Shown here in pieces: positions 58,897 to 64,000 of a DNA stretch of 64,000 bases (its first letter is position 1; each line of letters starts with the position of its first letter). The translations under genes were made by a program, and so were the position numbers. Where the stretch lies: assembly GCA_964389675.1 (NCBI GenBank), contig CAYMEV010000020.1, positions 1-64,000 of the forward strand, in the 5' to 3' direction. The notes under the pieces are model-generated. The model was not told the DNA's origin. It searched no databases and worked only from the letters and a program-made list of their open reading frames with translations. This stretch comes from an uncultured Candidatus Sumerlaeota bacterium. Its GTDB lineage: Bacteria; CAYMEV01.

Positions 58897-61800
58897 TTAA
58901 TCCAATGAGCACATTGCATTGGAATTACCTGAAGCTGCAATAAGATCAAATGACCCGAAATATGTTTTTCTCAGGAAAATATCCCCGTTAGCTGAACTGC
59001 AGAGCATGAGATCATGTTTTGCCTGCCCTGTAAATAATCCTGAAGCTATTCTCTTGAATGGAGCATTTGCAATAAGTGTCCATACTGATGTATCAGAGCA
59101 GAAATAATAGGTTTTTGAAAGATAGGTCATTATTACTTCATTGCCGGGGCCATCTGAAACATCACCGCAGCAGATCATATGGCCTGCATCAGGATAACCC
59201 CATGTAATCCTGTTCCACTGATAGGATGTTCTTGATGTGTTTCCAGCAATATAGGTTCCTATGCCGGTAAAAGAGCATACAAGCTCATTATTACCATTGC
59301 CGGATGTGTCAGATGCGATGATCTGAGAGGGGCTTGCAAACAGCAATCTTGTAAAAGTCCCTTCCTGAAAATTGTATTCATAAATACCATCCACAATGCC
59401 AAAGCTTAAAAGGAGCTCATCAATTCCATCAGGATCCATATCCATGTTTCCTGAGCACATAATGGAAACAGGGTATTGAATTATCCTCTCCCAGGCAGCA
59501 CCCTGGAAATCATACCTATAAAGCCCGTATTGGGTGAAGGATGCTATAACATCAGACGGCCCGGCCGGATTTGTTTTTGCAGTTATAACGCAACTGGTTT
59601 CAAATGAAGACAGATTGAACCAGCTGGATGTTGAAAAACTGTAATACCATAGGCCATCAGTACCAAAATCAACAATTATCTCTTTTAATCCGTCATTGCT
59701 GATATCCCCGTAATGAATAGATTCAGCTGTCATGCCTGAGATAAGCTTTGTCCAGCTGGAGCTCCTTTCATCATCTATATAGCTCCATAGCCATATTCCC
59801 TCAAAACTTGGATTTTCAAGGCTTATTGACAGATCATGATATGTGGATGCAGATAATATGATATCAATCTCTGTATTATTTGAATCGACCAGATAGGATG
59901 AATCATAGTATATAAAACCGCTCTTTGAAACATGATATGAATAATTCCCATGAAAAAGGCTGATGACAGCATTTCCCTGGCTGTTTGTGAGATACTCGGA
60001 ATCATCAATAGTTATTTTTGCAGCTTCAACAGGATTTGTCCCGTCAGAAACAGAAACAGTAACAGGCTGCTTTACAGTTATATTTCCTGAAGCGTTTGAA
60101 AATGCACCGCTTGCATTGTGTGCTATCCACACCCTCCAGTCATCGGATGTATTAATGCCGTCTGGTATGATGAAGGATGCACTGCCTGAATTTAGTGTAT
60201 CTGATGTCAGGAGATAGTAGTCAGGTCCTTCTATATCAGGGTACCCGTCCCTTTTTATTGATATTCTCATTGAATCCCCCGAAGGTGCATCGCAGGTCCA
60301 TGAAATATCGATCTGGCTTCCAATTGAATATATGCCCTGAGATGGCTGAATATCAGTTATATTAACAGAACCAACACTTATGGCAAAATTTATAATATCA
60401 TCAGCAGGGCCGTTCTGACCGGTGTCTGAGAACCATCCCAGCCCGTCTTCATACAGGTTTAAGTATTCGGTAACAGTCTGGCCGGCAAGGCTTGGGTCTG
60501 CATGAATATAAAATGAAAAAGAATATTGCTGAAACGGAAGAACCTGAGTACTGAAATTTGATACTGTAGATGTATTAATCCAATCAGGATGATAAAAAAG
60601 GGAATCATGATTCTGGGGATTCGATGTTTTTAGATAAGTGCCCGGAGAAAAGGAACTGAAACCATTGTTCTTAAGGGTTATATCTACTGTTCCATCCTCA
60701 TTGATCTCAAGGCCTGATGGTGCGCTTATAGAGATAAGCTCTGCGCCTACAGGGGATTTTGGACCTCCGGCTGTAATATCAAGGTAGGTGCCTGAAGCCC
60801 ATCCATCTGTATGTCCGGTAGAACCAGGCAAAGAAAATCTGTACCACCCTCCTGACTCCTCCAGAAGAGCAATTTTCTGCCCATTTGACAGGGTAGTAAT
60901 GATGTCATAGGCTGTTGAAGGGCCCGACCTGACATTGAGGGTTGATGAAACATTGACAGTGGCTATGCCTGTAGCCTGAGAGCCTGTCAGGTACCCATTT
61001 TCTGCAGTTGTCCCCCCGTTGCACCAGCCATAGCTGTAACCCTCGCCTGATGGGAAATGGAGCTTATACCAGCCATTGTCATAGTCAGAAACCACAAACT
61101 TCTGGTTTCCTGTTAGAGTCGTAAGTATGCTGTAAGAGGGGGAGGGGCCTGTCCTGACATTAAGGGTATATACTGATGATTTCACTTCAGCAACAAATGC
61201 CTGCGGTAATGGGTCAGGATCCTCCTGGACATAATCAAAATACCTCGGGATATAGTCTGCAAGCTGTGTGAAGGTAAAATCCCTGTAGGATACTCTCCAG
61301 TCAGCACCGGCTGACTCTATGGTATTTACTGTTCCTGAAGGGTTATCACTGATAACAAGCCTTACATGGCTGGATGCCTTGTTTACAACATCGCCCCGTT
61401 TTAATTCAGTAAATGAAGAATAGGCCGTTGAAATATCCTGAAGGGTATAGGTGCTGTATTTGATGCTTGTATCCCATGACCTGGATACAAAACCTGAGCA
61501 GTCCACTCCTACACAATAGTTATCAGTCCAGGAGACAGATTCTGTATAATTGTCGCCTGCATATTTACCGGCTGATACCTGACTGGTAAAGGTGGTAAGG
61601 CTTGTCCACCCGCCCCATTTATATGGGACCTTCTGCAGGCTGCCAGCTACGACCCATGATGGTGTACGAATATATGAGCCATCAGGAAGCTGTATTATCC
61701 CGCCTGATATATTTGAGCTTGTGGCAGTCCAGACCAGTGCCTCATATGGGACTGCATTATCCAGTATCTGAGATCTTGTTATCGGATTTTCCGCCTTAGG

Positions 61801-62790
61801 GCGGCGATTATCCTTTTGAGGCTCTACCTCTGTTGATTTAAGCTCAGAGTTATAATGGTACTTTTCAGGAAACTCAGATATGAATACGCCCTGATCTGAT
61901 AAAACAAGCTCATCAAGGCTTGTTCTGATGGCATGAATCCCGTCTTTTGCTGAAAGCATATAGTAAAGAATGCCCTCATATACCTTAATATTGTCTGGAA
62001 AATAGGTATAATAGAGAAAAGGAATGTCGATCCTTTTTATGATATTTCCGTTATGGTCAATAAAGAGAAGCATTTCTTCTGCTTTTATCGGGTTCATTGA
62101 AAAAAGTTCCTCACTTCTGATAAGTATGTACTTTTCGCCTATGTAAAGAATAGATGAGGCACCAATATATCCTTCATAGTTGACTGGTATTTCCTCACAG
62201 CCGATGAACAATCTGATATTATGAAAGTCTTCCTTTATTAAAAAACCTTTGCAGAAGCTGCCGTCCTGATATACAGCTTTTATTGCAGGGATCGGGTCAA
62301 GCATTTTATTATTTTTAATATCATATATACTGTGAAAATATGCATTTTCATCCATTGCATAGAGTATATTTTCTCTTATAAGCAATGACTTGATTATCAT
62401 TATATTTTCAGGCTTTCTTAAAATGGCAGTATTACGCTGGCCCTCTTTACTGCAGATCTTGATATCAATTCCATTGTAAAAAGCTAAACAATCATTATCT
62501 ACAGCAAAACAGTCTGTATAACTGTCAACTTTGAAAAGGCTTATTATATTTCCGGATTTAAGATCAAATGATTTTATAGTGTTTATCTCCCTGTCCAGGA
62601 TGTACAGGGCATCTCCATCAACAGTGAAGAAGGAAGGCCCGTATCTCCCGCAGCTTTCAAGCCTTGTCGAAAAATTCGCCTGTCCTTTGCCCCATGAGAA
62701 TTCATATAAATTTTCAAAACCGAAAGAAAAGGAAGCTATAAAAAACACAAATAGCAAAAACAGCATTGACTTATAACTATAATGGTTCAT
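58897..62790 (-). CDS. Large secreted modular protein: propeller-like N-terminus, NlpC/P60-like domain, two SH3b, Ig-like domains, FG-GAP-like C-terminal repeats
   Basis: Signal peptide; PYKWGG...GVDCSGFVS...SHVRL; LNVRTGPS and LNVRSGPS; GDISNDGLKEIIVDFG, DPDGIDELLLSFG, DTSGNGNNELV repeats. Confidence 0.8.
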   Translation of the reverse strand: MNHYSYKSMLFLLFVFFIASFSFGFENLYEFSWGKGQANFSTRLESCGRYGPSFFTVDGDALYILDREINTIKSFDLKSGNIISLFKVDSYTDCFAVDNDCLAFYNGIDIKICSKEGQRNTAILRKPENIMIIKSLLIRENILYAMDENAYFHSIYDIKNNKMLDPIPAIKAVYQDGSFCKGFLIKEDFHNIRLFIGCEEIPVNYEGYIGASSILYIGEKYILIRSEELFSMNPIKAEEMLLFIDHNGNIIKRIDIPFLYYTYFPDNIKVYEGILYYMLSAKDGIHAIRTSLDELVLSDQGVFISEFPEKYHYNSELKSTEVEPQKDNRRPKAENPITRSQILDNAVPYEALVWTATSSNISGGIIQLPDGSYIRTPSWVVAGSLQKVPYKWGGWTSLTTFTSQVSAGKYAGDNYTESVSWTDNYCVGVDCSGFVSRSWDTSIKYSTYTLQDISTAYSSFTELKRGDVVNKASSHVRLVISDNPSGTVNTIESAGADWRVSYRDFTFTQLADYIPRYFDYVQEDPDPLPQAFVAEVKSSVYTLNVRTGPSPSYSILTTLTGNQKFVVSDYDNGWYKLHFPSGEGYSYGWCNGGTTAENGYLTGSQATGIATVNVSSTLNVRSGPSTAYDIITTLSNGQKIALLEESGGWYRFSLPGSTGHTDGWASGTYLDITAGGPKSPVGAELISISAPSGLEINEDGTVDITLKNNGFSSFSPGTYLKTSNPQNHDSLFYHPDWINTSTVSNFSTQVLPFQQYSFSFYIHADPSLAGQTVTEYLNLYEDGLGWFSDTGQNGPADDIINFAISVGSVNITDIQPSQGIYSIGSQIDISWTCDAPSGDSMRISIKRDGYPDIEGPDYYLLTSDTLNSGSASFIIPDGINTSDDWRVWIAHNASGAFSNASGNITVKQPVTVSVSDGTNPVEAAKITIDDSEYLTNSQGNAVISLFHGNYSYHVSKSGFIYYDSSYLVDSNNTEIDIILSASTYHDLSISLENPSFEGIWLWSYIDDERSSSWTKLISGMTAESIHYGDISNDGLKEIIVDFGTDGLWYYSFSTSSWFNLSSFETSCVITAKTNPAGPSDVIASFTQYGLYRYDFQGAAWERIIQYPVSIMCSGNMDMDPDGIDELLLSFGIVDGIYEYNFQEGTFTRLLFASPSQIIASDTSGNGNNELVCSFTGIGTYIAGNTSRTSYQWNRITWGYPDAGHMICCGDVSDGPGNEVIMTYLSKTYYFCSDTSVWTLIANAPFKRIASGLFTGQAKHDLMLCSSANGDIFLRKTYFGSFDLIAASGNSNAMCSLD

Positions 62791-62820
62791 AAAAATTACC
62801 CCTTGATTCTTATTATTAAA

Positions 62821-62849
62821 AATATAGCATATCGGATGATATAAATCAA
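62821..62849 (-). promoter_or_regulatory. Putative sigma70-type promoter of the large exoprotein gene
   Basis: TTGATT-N17-TATATT with TGn extension on the minus strand, about 30 nt before the ATG. Confidence 0.5.
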
Positions 62850-62956
62850 GCTGATAATGGATAAAAGCTATGAATCAGCTTACCTGGTCCTTTTAGAACA
62901 GGCTTATTATGCCTGCTTCAGGTAAGAAGCTGAATCATTCAGGCCTTAGGCTTTGC

Positions 62957-62984
62957 AAAAAACCCTGAAATATTTCAGGATTTT
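62957..62984 (-). terminator. Intrinsic terminator after trkA
   Basis: Palindrome CCTGAAATATTTCAGG followed by a T6 run on the minus strand, directly after the stop. Confidence 0.7.
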
Positions 62985-63635
62985 TTATTCTGTAAGCTTT
63001 TTTATATCGTTTTCCTTTCCTATCAGAAGAAGGATGGAGTCTGGTTTGAGTTTAGATGCAGGGTCAGGCAAAAAATGAAAATTCCTTTTATATTTCCCTC
63101 TGATGGCTATAACGAAAACATTGTATTTACCGGGCAGTGACAGTTCTATAAGGCTTTTATCATAAAATGCAGGGGGTGTATTTACCTCCATTACCACATA
63201 GCCCTGGGAGAGCGGTATGTAATCTATCAGGTTGGGGTTCATAATCTTTGCAGCAATCATTTCTGCTGTATCTCTTTCAGGGAAAACGATCTCATCAGCT
63301 CCAAGTGTCTTTAATATATTTCCATGATCATCACTAATTGCTTTTACCCTTATCTTCTTAACATTAAGCTTTTTGAGGTGAACAACGCATAGAATGCTCT
63401 GTTCCATGGTTTTCCCCAGGCTTACAATTACCTCGTCAACCTCAGGGTCGATAACCGCTTTCAATGCATCAAAGCTGGTTACATCCAGTATTAATGCCTT
63501 TCTTACAAACCTTTGAATATCTGCGATCTTTTTCTCATCTATGTCAAGAGCAATTACCTCGCTTCCCTCTTTTGCCAGCTCCTTACAAAGATGCACGCCA
63601 AACTGGCTAAGCCCGATAACACAAATCTGTATCAT
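62985..63635 (-). CDS. TrkA/KtrA family potassium uptake regulatory subunit
   Basis: VIGLSQFG, ALDIDE, GADEIVFPERD, RCK_C domain; co-oriented with TrkH. Confidence 0.9.
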   Translation of the reverse strand: MIQICVIGLSQFGVHLCKELAKEGSEVIALDIDEKKIADIQRFVRKALILDVTSFDALKAVIDPEVDEVIVSLGKTMEQSILCVVHLKKLNVKKIRVKAISDDHGNILKTLGADEIVFPERDTAEMIAAKIMNPNLIDYIPLSQGYVVMEVNTPPAFYDKSLIELSLPGKYNVFVIAIRGKYKRNFHFLPDPASKLKPDSILLLIGKENDIKKLTE

Positions 63636-63645
63636 ACTGTTCCTC

Positions 63646-63999
63646 CTATCCTACCAGGATATCCTCCCGGGGCATTCTATATAAGTCCTGCTCCTTTTTT
63701 ATTATTACAAATGCGATTGTCAATGGCCCAATTCTTCCGAAAAACATTGTCATTATAATCCATATTTTTGAAACAGCGGAAAGCCTGGATGTTATGCCTG
63801 TTGAGAGCCCGACAGTACCAAATGCCGATATCTGTTCAAATATTATATCGATTGCTCTTACTGAATCATTTGAGCCCTCCATAGAAGACAGTATCATAAA
63901 GCCTGCAATGTTCCATAATAAGGCTACCAAAACAAGAAGGACTATCTTATTAATAATATCACTGCTTATTGACCTGTTAAAAATATTTACACTTGTCCT
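63646..63999 (-). CDS. TrkH/KtrB potassium uptake membrane subunit (partial, 5' end outside the window)
   Basis: FEQISAFGTVGLSTG, MFFGRIGPLT, terminal ILVG; frame open to the window edge. Confidence 0.92.
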   Translation of the reverse strand, partial: RTSVNIFNRSISSDIINKIVLLVLVALLWNIAGFMILSSMEGSNDSVRAIDIIFEQISAFGTVGLSTGITSRLSAVSKIWIIMTMFFGRIGPLTIAFVIIKKEQDLYRMPREDILVG

Positions 64000-64000
64000 G

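Noticed and set aside
62791..62984. c-di-AMP (ydaO) riboswitch before the NlpC/P60 gene
   Set aside because: The context is suggestive, but I could not find the conserved ydaO sequence blocks, and the structure lies upstream of the predicted promoter
1..64000. Prophage, IS, integron, defence island, rRNA/tRNA or stop-codon recoding
   Set aside because: No integrase, transposase, phage or known defence motifs recognised; no tRNA or rRNA seen by eye; conserved genes are full length under the standard code

Overview
Gene-dense, AT-rich bacterial chromosome segment. The gene content (hypABF, four-subunit pyruvate:ferredoxin oxidoreductase, tryptophanase, GSIII, KamA-like radical SAM enzyme, peptide ABC importer) points to an anaerobic peptide/amino-acid fermenter, probably from a poorly studied lineage (inference only). 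About 50 CDS are supported, mostly housekeeping or metabolic: aspS, pdxST, hypABF, a Yej/Opp-type ABC transporter, corA, olsBA-like, chorismate mutase/aroF, uvrC, porCDAB, GSIII, glyA, tnaA, nrdR, PBP1A and trkA/trkH. I found no rRNA, tRNA, CRISPR array, integrase or transposase. Most notable: (i) a tightly coupled aspS-HAD-pseudokinase/PQQ-propeller-tandem AAA ATPase module, followed by a 33-bp tandem hairpin repeat spanning the stops of two convergent genes; (ii) an ARE-type ABC-F gene with an SD-led upstream ORF overlapping its start, and a similar hairpin/uORF leader before the MATE pump; (iii) a DUF4214 / GT-C-like / GH99-like surface-glycan cluster; (iv) a 1297-aa modular NlpC/P60-SH3b exoprotein. 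All family calls come from motif recognition by eye, not database searches.
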